NCBI GenBank assembly: GCA_039187915.1
Contig: JBCCZJ010000001.1
Location: 1 to 46,384 of the forward strand
DNA from: Myxococcota bacterium
Lineage (GTDB): Bacteria > Myxococcota_A > UBA9160 > UBA4427
Reading direction: 5' to 3'
DNA: 46,384 nt
Positions 35,340 to 44,008 of the stretch are shown here, one piece after another (the first letter of the stretch is position 1; the number at the start of each line of letters is the position of its first letter). A model generated the notes under the pieces. It did no database searches and was not told the DNA's origin. It was given only the letters and a program-made list of their open reading frames with translations. Both the position numbers and the translations under genes were made by a program.

Positions 35340-35924
35340 CTAACGGTCGCCCCGCCTGCGGATCAGGGCGGGGCGGCCACGCCGGTCGACGAGGCGTTCG
35401 GCGCGCGGGACGTCGCGGTCCATCACGGTCTGCCTTTCTGCGCGTCGCGCGTGCTCGATCGCCTCGTCGCAGATCGATCGGAGCGCCCTCGACAGCACGG
35501 GCAGGACGCGGTCCGAAGTGTTGAAGCCGGAGCGTTCCTTCACGTAGGCCTTGAGCTTGCTCGCCACGACGAGAATCTCACCGTCGGTCGAGGTCGAGGC
35601 GGAGGTCGGAGTCGAGGTCGAGGCAGAGGATGCCGAGGCCGACGTCGGCGCGTCGGCCCGAGCCGTGCGCGCGGGCTTCGCGTCGTGCGTCTTCTTGCCG
35701 GCCGGGGTGCCGGCCGGCGGGTCGGGGGTCTCGGGCGCGCGAGCCTCGACGGCCCACGCTTCGCGGTGACGCTCCGTCGGGAGATGGATCTCCCAGCAGT
35801 CGACGGTGCAGAAGACGAGCCCGGTTCGTTTGCGATTGCAGGTCGAAACGCTGCAGACCCAGTGGACCGCGCCGAGGGCGATCTCGCTCTTGCACGCGCT
35901 ACAGCGCCGCCAGCGCTCGCTCAT
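35340..35924 (-). CDS. Two-zinc (Cys6His2) finger protein with Ser/Thr/Ala linker and C-terminal histone-fold-like domain
   Basis: MSERWRRCSACKSEIALGAVHWVCSVSTCNRKRTGLVFCTVDCWEIHLPTERH gives C-x2-C-x12-C-x4-C-x9-C-x3-C-x3-H-x5-H. The linker is APTSASASSASTSTPTSASTSTD. The C-terminus ILVVASKLKAYVKERSGFNTSDRVLPVLSRALRSICDEAIEHARRAERQTVMDRDV aligns by hand with archaeal histone alpha2-L2-alpha3. GGGGGAG lies upstream of the ATG at 35924. Confidence 0.7.
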   Translation of the reverse strand: MSERWRRCSACKSEIALGAVHWVCSVSTCNRKRTGLVFCTVDCWEIHLPTERHREAWAVEARAPETPDPPAGTPAGKKTHDAKPARTARADAPTSASASSASTSTPTSASTSTDGEILVVASKLKAYVKERSGFNTSDRVLPVLSRALRSICDEAIEHARRAERQTVMDRDVPRAERLVDRRGRPALIRRRGDR

Positions 35925-36269
35925 CTCGCTCTCCCCCGGTTTCCCCGATACGGGGAACGCGAAGCGTCGCGGGCTTCGGCCGCGCCGTCCAGCCGATCCC
36001 GCGACGAACCCCTTGAACCGATCGGTCCCCCCTGGATGAACGTGCGTTCCCCCCGGCGAAACGGCCCCTGGGGTCGCAGGACCGCCGAACCGCTCGTTCG
36101 TGGAAGTTCGACGGCTCGAATCTCGGTCAGGCAGAGCTAGACTCGCCCGGCCCCGCTTCCGGCTGCCGAACCCGGAACCACAGCGCCCCACGCGAACGGG
36201 GTTCCGACCGACGTCTCGCCGCCCACCCGCAGCCTGCCCTGCCGCGACCGCCTGGAGATTCACGCGCCC

Positions 36270-37229
36270 TTGCCCGATCTGGTCGTGTCGCTCCTGTTGA
36301 TCCTCGCCGGATGCGCGCTCCTCTACGTCGGTGGCGACATGCTCGTGTCGGCGTCGACGTTCATCGCGAACCGGATCGGCATGAGTCCGATCGCGATCGG
36401 AGCGACCGTCGTCGCGATCGGGACGAGCGCGCCCGAGTTTTCGGTCAGTCTCGATGCCGCTCTCTCCAACCACTCGGGGATCTCCGTCGGGAACGTCGTC
36501 GGCTCGAACGTCTGCAACATCATCCTCGTCCTGGGCCTGTGCGCCCTGTTTCGCCCGCTCAAGGCGTCGCGCGACGTCTATCGGATCGACTTCCCGATCC
36601 TGATCGGCGTCTCGGCGATCTTCACCTTCATGGTGAACGACGGCCTGATCTCGCGCGGCGAGGGCGTGCTCCTCGCGCTCGGCCTGCTCGCCTACGTGAT
36701 CTGGAATCTGCGTCGCGCGGCGGAGGACGAAGAGATCGGCGAGATGCTCGGCGAGGAGGTCGCCGAAGCGCTCGGGGACCAGGACGACAACTGGGTGCTC
36801 CCGGTCGGCCGCGCGGTGCTCGGGATCGCGTTCCTCGGGCTCGGCGCGAAATGGCTGGTCGACGGCTCGCTCCAGACGCTGGCGCCCTACGCCCTCTCCG
36901 AAGCCGCCATCGGGATCACCGTCGTCGCGCTCGGGACGAGCGTCCCCGAGATCGGCACCTCGATCATCGCCGCCCAGAAGGGCCACGGCGATCTCGCGGT
37001 CGGCAACGCGATCGGCTCGAGCGTGTTCAACCTGCTCGGCGTCCTCGGCGCCACCGCCTCGATCCGCCCGCTCCCGGCGACCGACGTCGACCTGCTCGAC
37101 GGCGCGATCCTGATCGCGACGAGCTTCGCGGGTCTCGTGCTCGTCGCCCGGCCCGGCGGAATCGGGCGCATCCAGGGCACGGTCCTGGTCCTGACCTACG
37201 GCCTCTATCTGGCGACCGCGATCTTCTGA
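36270..37229 (+). CDS. Calcium/sodium (cation) antiporter, CaCA/YrbG family
   Basis: Duplicated alpha-repeat motifs GTSAPEFSVS and GTSVPEIGTS, about 10 TM helices, and a central acidic loop. TTG start at 36270. Confidence 0.88.
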   Translation: MPDLVVSLLLILAGCALLYVGGDMLVSASTFIANRIGMSPIAIGATVVAIGTSAPEFSVSLDAALSNHSGISVGNVVGSNVCNIILVLGLCALFRPLKASRDVYRIDFPILIGVSAIFTFMVNDGLISRGEGVLLALGLLAYVIWNLRRAAEDEEIGEMLGEEVAEALGDQDDNWVLPVGRAVLGIAFLGLGAKWLVDGSLQTLAPYALSEAAIGITVVALGTSVPEIGTSIIAAQKGHGDLAVGNAIGSSVFNLLGVLGATASIRPLPATDVDLLDGAILIATSFAGLVLVARPGGIGRIQGTVLVLTYGLYLATAIF

Positions 37230-37242
37230 CCGACGCGGCGGT

Positions 37243-38253
37243 TCAGCCCGCCTGCACCGGGTCCGCCTGGACCCGACCCGCCTGCACCTTCGGCAGCACG
37301 TCGTTCACGATCGCCTCGAGGGACTCCCAGGCGTAGTCGATCGGCAAGCCCCCACAGAGCGGCTGCGTCATCAGGATCCCGCGCGTCCGGACCGCTTCGA
37401 TCGCTTCCTCGACCGACAGGATCTGGTAGTTGCCGTTCTCGGCGCGGAGCGCCTCGACGCTCCCGGCGATGCTCTTGGTCGCCGAGTCGATGTCGTCGCC
37501 CATCCACTCGGCGTACGCCTGCGCATCGTGGAGCAGGTGCGGCCCCCATTTCGCCCACGCCGCGTCGGGATCCTTCGCGACGAAAGCGGAGAGCGGCGCC
37601 CCATCGGTCGGGTTCACGCAGAGCCCCGGCTCGATGCCCTCTTCCTTGCAGGCGTCGAGGTAGTACTGCTCGAGGTCCGGGTCCGTCCCCATCCCGAGGA
37701 TGCCGAGCCCCAGTCGCGCCGCGCGGCGGGCCGTCGCGGCGACGCCGCCGCCCAGCAGGAGCGGCGGCCCGCCCGGCGTGTGCGGGAGCGGCGTGACCTT
37801 CGCCCGACGGCCCTCGTAATCGACCTCCTCGCCGTTCCACAGCCGCTGCATGACGCGGATCGAGTCCTCGAGCCGCTGACCGCGCCCCTTCATCGTCTGG
37901 CCGAACATCGCGTACTCGGCCGGGACGTAGCCGATCGCACAGACGTAGGTCACCCGCCCGCTGGCCACGATGTCGAGGACGGCCATCTGCTCTGCGAGCT
38001 CGATCGGATCGTGGAGCGGCACGATCAGCGCGGCGACCTGGATCGGGACCGTCTTCGTCCGCGCCGCGATCGCGCTCGCCAGGATCATGGGCGCCGGCAG
38101 GTAGCCGTCCTTCGAGCGATGGTGCTCGCAGACCTGGATCGACACGCAGCCGCGGGTCTCGGCCCACTCCGACATCTCGATCGCCGCCCGGTAGAGGTCG
38201 GCCTTGCTCGCGCCGAAGTCGGGCGCGCGCATGTCGAATCGCATCGTGAACAT
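37243..38253 (-). CDS. LLM-class (luciferase-like) flavin-dependent oxidoreductase
   Basis: MFTMRFDMRAPDFGASKADLY...CEHH...LDIVSGRV-type blocks of the luciferase-like monooxygenase fold. GAGGAG lies 7 nt upstream of the ATG at 38253. The remainder of the 1295-aa track ORF is antisense shadow of rmuC and the ALS-like gene. Confidence 0.85.
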   Translation of the reverse strand: MFTMRFDMRAPDFGASKADLYRAAIEMSEWAETRGCVSIQVCEHHRSKDGYLPAPMILASAIAARTKTVPIQVAALIVPLHDPIELAEQMAVLDIVASGRVTYVCAIGYVPAEYAMFGQTMKGRGQRLEDSIRVMQRLWNGEEVDYEGRRAKVTPLPHTPGGPPLLLGGGVAATARRAARLGLGILGMGTDPDLEQYYLDACKEEGIEPGLCVNPTDGAPLSAFVAKDPDAAWAKWGPHLLHDAQAYAEWMGDDIDSATKSIAGSVEALRAENGNYQILSVEEAIEAVRTRGILMTQPLCGGLPIDYAWESLEAIVNDVLPKVQAGRVQADPVQAG

Positions 38254-38454
38254 CGCGGATCTCCTCGCATCCCGGCCGCCGCAGATCCCCGGGCCGGGCC
38301 GGGCCTCGATCCTAGGCCGGCTGCGCGCGGCCTGCCGGTCGCGACGTCCGTCGCCGCAGACCGGGCCGCCGAGATTCGGCGCCCGTTTGTGACCGGATCC
38401 GACACAGCCCCTGCCGATCGTCAGTGGACCCCCACCCGAAGAGAGGTCCCGCCC

Positions 38455-39765
38455 GTGCCGAGCCTGCTCGCCCTCCCCGAATTCCTGTCTCCGTTCCTGG
38501 CCACCCTCGCACCCGGCCTGGAGGGCGACGCCGTCCTGATCGTCGCCTGGGCCTTCGCCATCGGCGCCGCCCTCGGGCTCGGCGCCGGCGCGCTCGTCGG
38601 CGCGGCCTTCGTCTCGCTCGCGGTCGGACGCTCCCAGTCCCGGCTGCGCGACCGCTTCGAGACCCTCTCGAACGAGGCGCTCGATCGCAGCAGCGACCGC
38701 TTCCTCACGCTGGCGGGCGAACGCCTCGGCGCCGCGACCCAATCGAACGAACAGGCCCTCGAGCGGCGGGAAGCCGCGGTCGAAGCGCTGGTCCGCCCGC
38801 TGCGCGAGTCCCTGGCGAAGGTCGACGAGAAGCTCCAGCGCGTCGAAACCGAACGGGAAGGCCACTACCGCTCGCTCACCCGTCACCTCGAAGTCGTGGC
38901 CACGAACCACCGCGCGCTCGCGTCGGAGACGCAGGGTCTGCGCCAGGCCCTCGGCACGCCGAACGTGCGCGGCCGTTGGGGCGAGCTCCAGCTGCGTCGG
39001 GTCTGCGAGCTCGCGGGCATGCTCGAGCACTGCGACTTCGAGCAGCAAGTGACCCTCGACGATCCCGACCGACGTTCGCGGCCGGATCTCGTCGTGCGCC
39101 TGCCCGGCGGACGCTCGATCGTCGTGGACGCGAAGGCGCCACTCCAGTCCTACCTGGCCGCGTCCGAGGCGAGCTCCGACGAAGAACGACGGACCCATCT
39201 CGCCGAGCACGCGCGGCACGTTCGGCGCCACATCGACGACCTCGGCAGCCGGAGCTACGCGGCGCGGCTCGAGGGTTCGCCCGAGTTCGTCGTACTCTTC
39301 CTGCCCGGCGAGCCCTTCTTCGCCGCGGCGCTCGAGACGGATCCCGAGCTGATCGAGCGCGGCGTCGCCAAGCAGGTGCTGCTCGCGGGGCCGACGACGC
39401 TGATCGCGCTCCTGCGCGCGGTCGCCTACGGATGGCAGCAGGAGGCGATGGCCGAGAACGCGATCGCCGTCTCGAAGCTCGGCAAGGAACTCTTCGAGCG
39501 GATCGTCTCCCTCAACGACCGCTTCTCGAATCTCGGCAAGAAGCTCGAAGGCGCGGTCGAGGCGTACAACACCGCGATCGGCAGCCTCGAGTCCCGGGTC
39601 CACGTCTCGGCCCGGCGCATGGCGGAGCTCGGACTCGCCGAGTCCGGCGCGCTCGGCGAGACCCTGCCGATCGCGACGCCGACGCGAAAGCTGCAGTCGC
39701 GCGGCGAACGGTCCGGTGCGACGGACGAAGCGGCCACGCCGCCGGCCGTGAACGGGGCCGCTTAG
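38455..39765 (+). CDS. rmuC: DNA recombination protein RmuC
   Basis: N-terminal TM segment, long coiled coil, then RGRWGELQLRRVCELAGM, PDLVVRLPGGRSIVVDAKAPL and FVVLFLPGE (nuclease-like core), typical of RmuC. GTG at 38455. Confidence 0.88.
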   Translation: MPSLLALPEFLSPFLATLAPGLEGDAVLIVAWAFAIGAALGLGAGALVGAAFVSLAVGRSQSRLRDRFETLSNEALDRSSDRFLTLAGERLGAATQSNEQALERREAAVEALVRPLRESLAKVDEKLQRVETEREGHYRSLTRHLEVVATNHRALASETQGLRQALGTPNVRGRWGELQLRRVCELAGMLEHCDFEQQVTLDDPDRRSRPDLVVRLPGGRSIVVDAKAPLQSYLAASEASSDEERRTHLAEHARHVRRHIDDLGSRSYAARLEGSPEFVVLFLPGEPFFAAALETDPELIERGVAKQVLLAGPTTLIALLRAVAYGWQQEAMAENAIAVSKLGKELFERIVSLNDRFSNLGKKLEGAVEAYNTAIGSLESRVHVSARRMAELGLAESGALGETLPIATPTRKLQSRGERSGATDEAATPPAVNGAA

Positions 39766-39828
39766 CGGCATCGCCTCCTTGCTCTGGTAGGATCCGATCC
39801 GCATCGTCCTCGATGCGGGAGGGTTCCG

Positions 39829-41481
39829 ATGAGCGCGATTTCCGACCGATCTCCCGGCGAGCCGGCCAAGGCCTCCGACCTGATGGTCGAAGCCCTCGAG
39901 CGCGAAGGCATCGAGTACGTCTTCGGCATCCCCGGCGAAGAGAATCTCGACATTCTCGAGAGCCTGCGTCACTCGAAGATCCAGCTCGTCCTCACGCGAC
40001 ACGAACAGGGCGCCGGCTTCATGGCCGCGACGCTCGGGCGGCTGACCGGGAAGGTCGGCGTCTGTCTGTCGACCCTCGGCCCGGGCGCGACCAACTTCGT
40101 GACCGCCGCGGCGTACGCGCAGCTCGGCGCCATGCCCATGATGATGATCACGGGTCAGAAGCCGATCAAGAAGAGCAAGCAGGCCCGCTTCCAGATCGTC
40201 GACGTCGTCGAGATGATGCAGCCCGTGACCAAGTACTCGCGTCAGATCGTCCACGGCGCGAACGTGCCTTCCGCGGTACGCGAAGCGGTCCGGCTCGCCG
40301 AGGAGGAACGACCCGGCGCCGTCTGCCTCGAGCTGCCCGAGGACATCGCCGAGGAACAGGTCGAAGCGCCGCTCTTCTTCAAGGCCGAGGCCGCTCGCCG
40401 TCCGGCGGCCGAGGACAAGGCCGTCGCGCGGGCGGTCGCCATGATCGAGAAGGCGAAGCGTCCGCTCCTGCTCGTCGGCGCCGGCGCGAACCGCAAACGC
40501 ACGGGCAAGCAGCTCACGCGCTTCGTCGACCAGACCGGGATCCCCTTCATCTGCACCCAGATGGGCAAGGGCGTGATCTCCGAACGCCACGAGAAATACC
40601 TCGGGACCGCCGCGCTCTCCGACAACGATTCGGTCCATGACGCGGTCGCCGCCGCCGACCTGATCATCAACGTGGGCCACGACGTGATCGAGAAGCCGCC
40701 TTTCTTCATGAGCGAGGACGGTTTCGAGGTGCTCCACGTGAGCTTCGCCTCGGCCCAGGTCGACGCGATCTACTTCCCCCAGCTCGAGGTCGTGGGCGAC
40801 ATCGCGAACGCCGTCTGGCAGATCAACGAGTCGATCACGAACCAGGACGACTGGGACTTCACGACGTTCTCGGCCGTGAAGGCGAAGGTCGACGAACACA
40901 CGAGCGAGAAGTCCGACGACCCGCGCTTTCCGCTCTGCCCTCAGCGGCTGGTGGCCGACGTCCGCAAGGCCATGCCCGACGACGGCATCATCTGCCTCGA
41001 CAACGGCATGTACAAGATCTGGTTCGCGAGGAACTACCGCGCGTACCAGCCGAACACGATCCTGCTCGACAACGCGCTCGCCACCATGGGCGCGGGCCTC
41101 CCCTCCGCGATCGGCGCGAGCTTCGTCCACCCGGAGCGCAAGATCCTCGCCGTCTGCGGAGACGGCGGCTTCATGATGAACTCACAGGAGCTCGAGACCG
41201 CCGTCCGTATGAAGCGGAACGTGACGACGCTGATCCTGCGCGACGACTCGTACGGCATGATCCGCTGGAAGCAGGACGACGGCGGCTTCGAGGACTGGGG
41301 ACTCGAGTTCGGGAACCCCGACTTCGTGAAGTACGCGGAGAGCTACGGCGCGCGCGGCTTCCGCGTCGAGAAGACCGACGAACTCCTCGAGCTGCTCGAA
41401 CGATGCCTCACGGACGGCGGCGTGAACCTGATCGAGTGCCCGATCGACTACGCGGAGAACGCGAGTCTGGGAAAGAAGTAG
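39829..41481 (+). CDS. Thiamine-diphosphate-dependent acetolactate synthase-like enzyme (large-subunit/AlsS type)
   Basis: GIEYVFGIPGEENLDIL, TRHEQGAGFMA, LSTLGPGATN, and the TPP-binding motif GDGGFMMNSQELETA. No ilvN-type small subunit is adjacent. Confidence 0.85.
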   Translation: MSAISDRSPGEPAKASDLMVEALEREGIEYVFGIPGEENLDILESLRHSKIQLVLTRHEQGAGFMAATLGRLTGKVGVCLSTLGPGATNFVTAAAYAQLGAMPMMMITGQKPIKKSKQARFQIVDVVEMMQPVTKYSRQIVHGANVPSAVREAVRLAEEERPGAVCLELPEDIAEEQVEAPLFFKAEAARRPAAEDKAVARAVAMIEKAKRPLLLVGAGANRKRTGKQLTRFVDQTGIPFICTQMGKGVISERHEKYLGTAALSDNDSVHDAVAAADLIINVGHDVIEKPPFFMSEDGFEVLHVSFASAQVDAIYFPQLEVVGDIANAVWQINESITNQDDWDFTTFSAVKAKVDEHTSEKSDDPRFPLCPQRLVADVRKAMPDDGIICLDNGMYKIWFARNYRAYQPNTILLDNALATMGAGLPSAIGASFVHPERKILAVCGDGGFMMNSQELETAVRMKRNVTTLILRDDSYGMIRWKQDDGGFEDWGLEFGNPDFVKYAESYGARGFRVEKTDELLELLERCLTDGGVNLIECPIDYAENASLGKK

Positions 41482-41652
41482 ATGCGACGATGGATCGTCC
41501 TGCTCGCGATCGGGTTCGCTTCGCTGGGCGTGACCTGCGAAGAGGGCTACCGGCGGACCTGCACGCTCGACAAGGGCTGCTACGAACCGCCGCCGGGCAC
41601 GCAGGGATCGTTGGCCGTTCCGCGAAGGCTTGCCGAAGAACGAAGCCCTTGA
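41482..41652 (+). CDS. Possible small lipoprotein (56 aa), below the ORF-track size cut-off
   Basis: The ATG immediately follows the ALS stop (TAGATG). MRRWIVLLAIGFASLGVTCEEGYRRTC... gives a signal-peptide-like N-terminus with Cys. GC3 bias is good in the first two thirds and weaker at the end. Confidence 0.4.
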   Translation: MRRWIVLLAIGFASLGVTCEEGYRRTCTLDKGCYEPPPGTQGSLAVPRRLAEERSP

Positions 41653-41834
41653 CCCACGCCGCCGCCGCCGAATTCGAGCGCCGCCTCGAAGCGATCGGCG
41701 AGGGATCGGCCTGCGAAGCCCTCGAAGCCGCGCTCGTGGCGTTCATCGAGGACCTCGACGCGGAGTGGGTCCGCCGGCACGAGGCCTTCGCCGAGGTCAC
41801 GGACCACGGCGAGCGGGAGGGCGCGTTCCTCTGA
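41649..41834 (+). CDS. Small acidic hypothetical protein (61 aa; start uncertain)
   Basis: Very strong GC3 bias in this frame (THAAAAEFERRLEAIGEGSACEALEAALVAFIEDLDAEWVRRHEAFAEVTDHGEREGAFL). The candidate TTG start overlaps the preceding stop (TTGA). Confidence 0.45.
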   Translation: MTHAAAAEFERRLEAIGEGSACEALEAALVAFIEDLDAEWVRRHEAFAEVTDHGEREGAFL

Positions 41835-41864
41835 CCAGCGCCCTTCCAGGGCCTCGAGAGCGGC

Positions 41865-42746
41865 TCAGCAAGCGGGGGAGTCCTCGATCGCGTTCAACTG
41901 CAGGCTCTGCTGCCACAGGCGGGCGCTCGCGTCCTCGTCGAAATCGAGGGGATCGACGCGGTGCGCGAGAGAGCGGTAGTAGCCGCCGCTCTGCTCCGCG
42001 AGCGCCGGATCGGTCGCGACCCAGAGGGCCGTCCGCGCCGCGCGTTCGGCGCTCGGAAAGAGGCCGCGGATCAGCGGCCCGACGAGCCGGTACGCGAGGC
42101 CCGGATTGTTCGCGCCGATGTTCGACGCGACCGGACCCGGATCGACCGCATTCACGGAGACGCCCTGCCCACGGGTTCGCCGCGCCAGCTCGAGGGTGAA
42201 GTAGAGGACCGCGAGCTTCGACTGGCCGTAAGCCTTCATGATTCCGTAGTCGTGCTCGAGCATGAGATCGTCGAGCTCGAGCTTCGCCACACGGTACGTG
42301 TCCGACGAGATGTTCACGATCCGCGCGGGACCGCATTCCCGGAGCAGGGGCAGCAAGCCCAGGGTCAGACGGAAGAGCGCGAGATAGTTGACGGCGAAGG
42401 TCAGCTCGTGACCCGCTTCGTTCGTCTCTCGGCCGAGCGCGACGAGGCCCGCGTTGTTGACGAGCACGTGGAGCGGCCGGCCGCTGGCGCGGTAGCGCTC
42501 GACGGCCGCGTCGACCTCTTCTCCCCGCGACAGATCCGCGAGCAGGATCTCGGGCGCCTTCCGGCCGGTCTCGCGAGCGATCGCCTCGCACACGCGGCGG
42601 GCCTTCTCGTCGCTCCGGGCGTGCACGACGACCTCGGCGCCCCGCTCGACGAGGCGCTTCGCGAGCGCTCGCCCGTGTCCGTCGGTCGCGCCCGTCACGA
42701 GGCAGACGCGCCCGGTCATGTCGGTGTCGAGTCGAGGCTTCCCCAT
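41865..42746 (-). CDS. SDR family oxidoreductase (short-chain dehydrogenase)
   Basis: TGATDGHG cofactor motif, NNAG, and catalytic YGQSK (YxxxK). The ATG shares one nt with the upstream sulfotransferase stop. Confidence 0.88.
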   Translation of the reverse strand: MGKPRLDTDMTGRVCLVTGATDGHGRALAKRLVERGAEVVVHARSDEKARRVCEAIARETGRKAPEILLADLSRGEEVDAAVERYRASGRPLHVLVNNAGLVALGRETNEAGHELTFAVNYLALFRLTLGLLPLLRECGPARIVNISSDTYRVAKLELDDLMLEHDYGIMKAYGQSKLAVLYFTLELARRTRGQGVSVNAVDPGPVASNIGANNPGLAYRLVGPLIRGLFPSAERAARTALWVATDPALAEQSGGYYRSLAHRVDPLDFDEDASARLWQQSLQLNAIEDSPAC

Positions 42747-44008
42747 CAGCGATCTCCCGACGCTTCACGCGGTACGTCGAAGCGCTCGCGGTAGGCCTTG
42801 AAGCGCTCGTCGATCTCGTCACCGTCGAGGCCGAAGTCGGCGAGGCTGTACCGGTGCCGCCCGTACTTGTGTTGCGGGTTCTCGCCGACCCAGCGCTGCA
42901 TGCGCGCGACGGCGGCGTCCGACCATTCGAGCTCCAGGAAGTCGTAGATCTTCCGCATCGTCCCCAGGGTGTCGCCGACCAGGTCCGGGTAATGGACGTC
43001 GAGCACCTGCGCTTCGCCGATCCCTCGGCGCGCCACGATGGCTCGCTCGACGCTGTTCACCATCTGGTCGGCCACGCGGCGGCCGACCGCCGCGCCGTCG
43101 ACGTCGGCAGCGAGCAGCGCGCCCGTGTGGGCCATCATGCTCGAGAAGGAAGGAACGACCTTCCGCGGGTCGCGGTGGGTGTGGATCACCTTGGCGCCGG
43201 GGAAGACGTCGAAGAGGACGTCGAGGTTCTCCTGATGGTGCGGGGTCTTGCCGAGGTAGCGCCCCGGCCTCTGCCAGAGGAGCAATTGGATCAGTCGACG
43301 GACGTAGACGTAGGGCGGACGCTGGTCGATCTCGCGGATCCAGCGCGTGTAGGACGGGACCGAGAGCGACGCGTCGACGGCGGGGCTGATGAAGGTGAGG
43401 TCGAAGAGGAAGACGTCTTCCTCCGGCGAGTCCGCCTCGATCGGATGGATCGCGAAGAGCTCCGGGGACAGGAACTTCATCCCCCACTCCGCGAGCTTCG
43501 CCTGCCGCGTGCGACGCGCGAGGTCGCCGGGCTCGTCCGGCACGGGCCGCCCGAGCGGCGCCGGGCGGAGCGCCTCGACGGCGGAGAGGTGGCGAAGCGC
43601 GTCGGCGCAGGAGAGCAGGCGATGGAGCTTCGTCGTGCCCGTCCGCTGCATGCCCGTGATGAAGACGGGGCGCTCGACCGGAAGGGCGCCGACCTCGGGG
43701 TGGAGGTCGCGGATCTGCGCCAGCTTCAGCCGGCATTCGAGCGCGCGGACCGCGGCGCCGCGCAGGACGGCGCGACCGAGCAGATGGAGCCCGGCCTCCT
43801 CCTCGAAGGCGTGGATCAGTCGCCGCATCGGCTCGACGAAATCGTCGTCGCCGAACTCGTGGAGGCCGGTGTTCCGCCGGGCCTCGGCGATCATCTTCGC
43901 TTCGTCGAAGCGCGGGATCCCGAGGCCCACGCGCGACGCCGCCTGCCAGGCGGCGAGCGCCGCGCGCATGGGCCACGGGAATCGGGGGGCCTCGAAGCCC
44001 GCGCTCAC
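42746..44008 (-). CDS. Sulfotransferase family protein (long N-terminal helical region)
   Basis: P-loop VFITGMQRTGTTKLHRLL and a canonical 3'-PB block IHTHRDPRKVVPSFSS. GTG at 44008 in a GTGA overlap with the upstream gene stop. An alternative ATG lies 13 codons downstream (MRAALAAW). Confidence 0.8.
   Translation of the reverse strand: MSAGFEAPRFPWPMRAALAAWQAASRVGLGIPRFDEAKMIAEARRNTGLHEFGDDDFVEPMRRLIHAFEEEAGLHLLGRAVLRGAAVRALECRLKLAQIRDLHPEVGALPVERPVFITGMQRTGTTKLHRLLSCADALRHLSAVEALRPAPLGRPVPDEPGDLARRTRQAKLAEWGMKFLSPELFAIHPIEADSPEEDVFLFDLTFISPAVDASLSVPSYTRWIREIDQRPPYVYVRRLIQLLLWQRPGRYLGKTPHHQENLDVLFDVFPGAKVIHTHRDPRKVVPSFSSMMAHTGALLAADVDGAAVGRRVADQMVNSVERAIVARRGIGEAQVLDVHYPDLVGDTLGTMRKIYDFLELEWSDAAVARMQRWVGENPQHKYGRHRYSLADFGLDGDEIDERFKAYRERFDVPREASGDR

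Noticed and set aside
35580-35650. Tandem GTCGAG/GCGGAG hexanucleotide repeats
   Set aside because: They lie inside the zinc-finger/histone-fold CDS and simply encode its Ser/Thr/Ala linker (TSASASSASTSTPTSASTSTD). This is a coding low-complexity tract, possibly length-variable, not a regulatory repeat.
35925-36986. Upstream 354 codons of the 548-aa ORF containing the zinc-finger/histone-fold gene
   Set aside because: It is antisense to the CaCA antiporter gene and to the intergenic region. The internal ATG at 35924 has a strong Shine-Dalgarno.
37243-41130. 1295-aa ORF on the minus strand, the longest in the track
   Set aside because: Only the last 336 codons (37243-38253) look like a real protein (LLM oxidoreductase). 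The rest is Arg/Gly/Asp/Leu-rich low complexity lying exactly antisense to the clearly recognisable rmuC and acetolactate-synthase-like genes. This is a typical high-GC shadow ORF.
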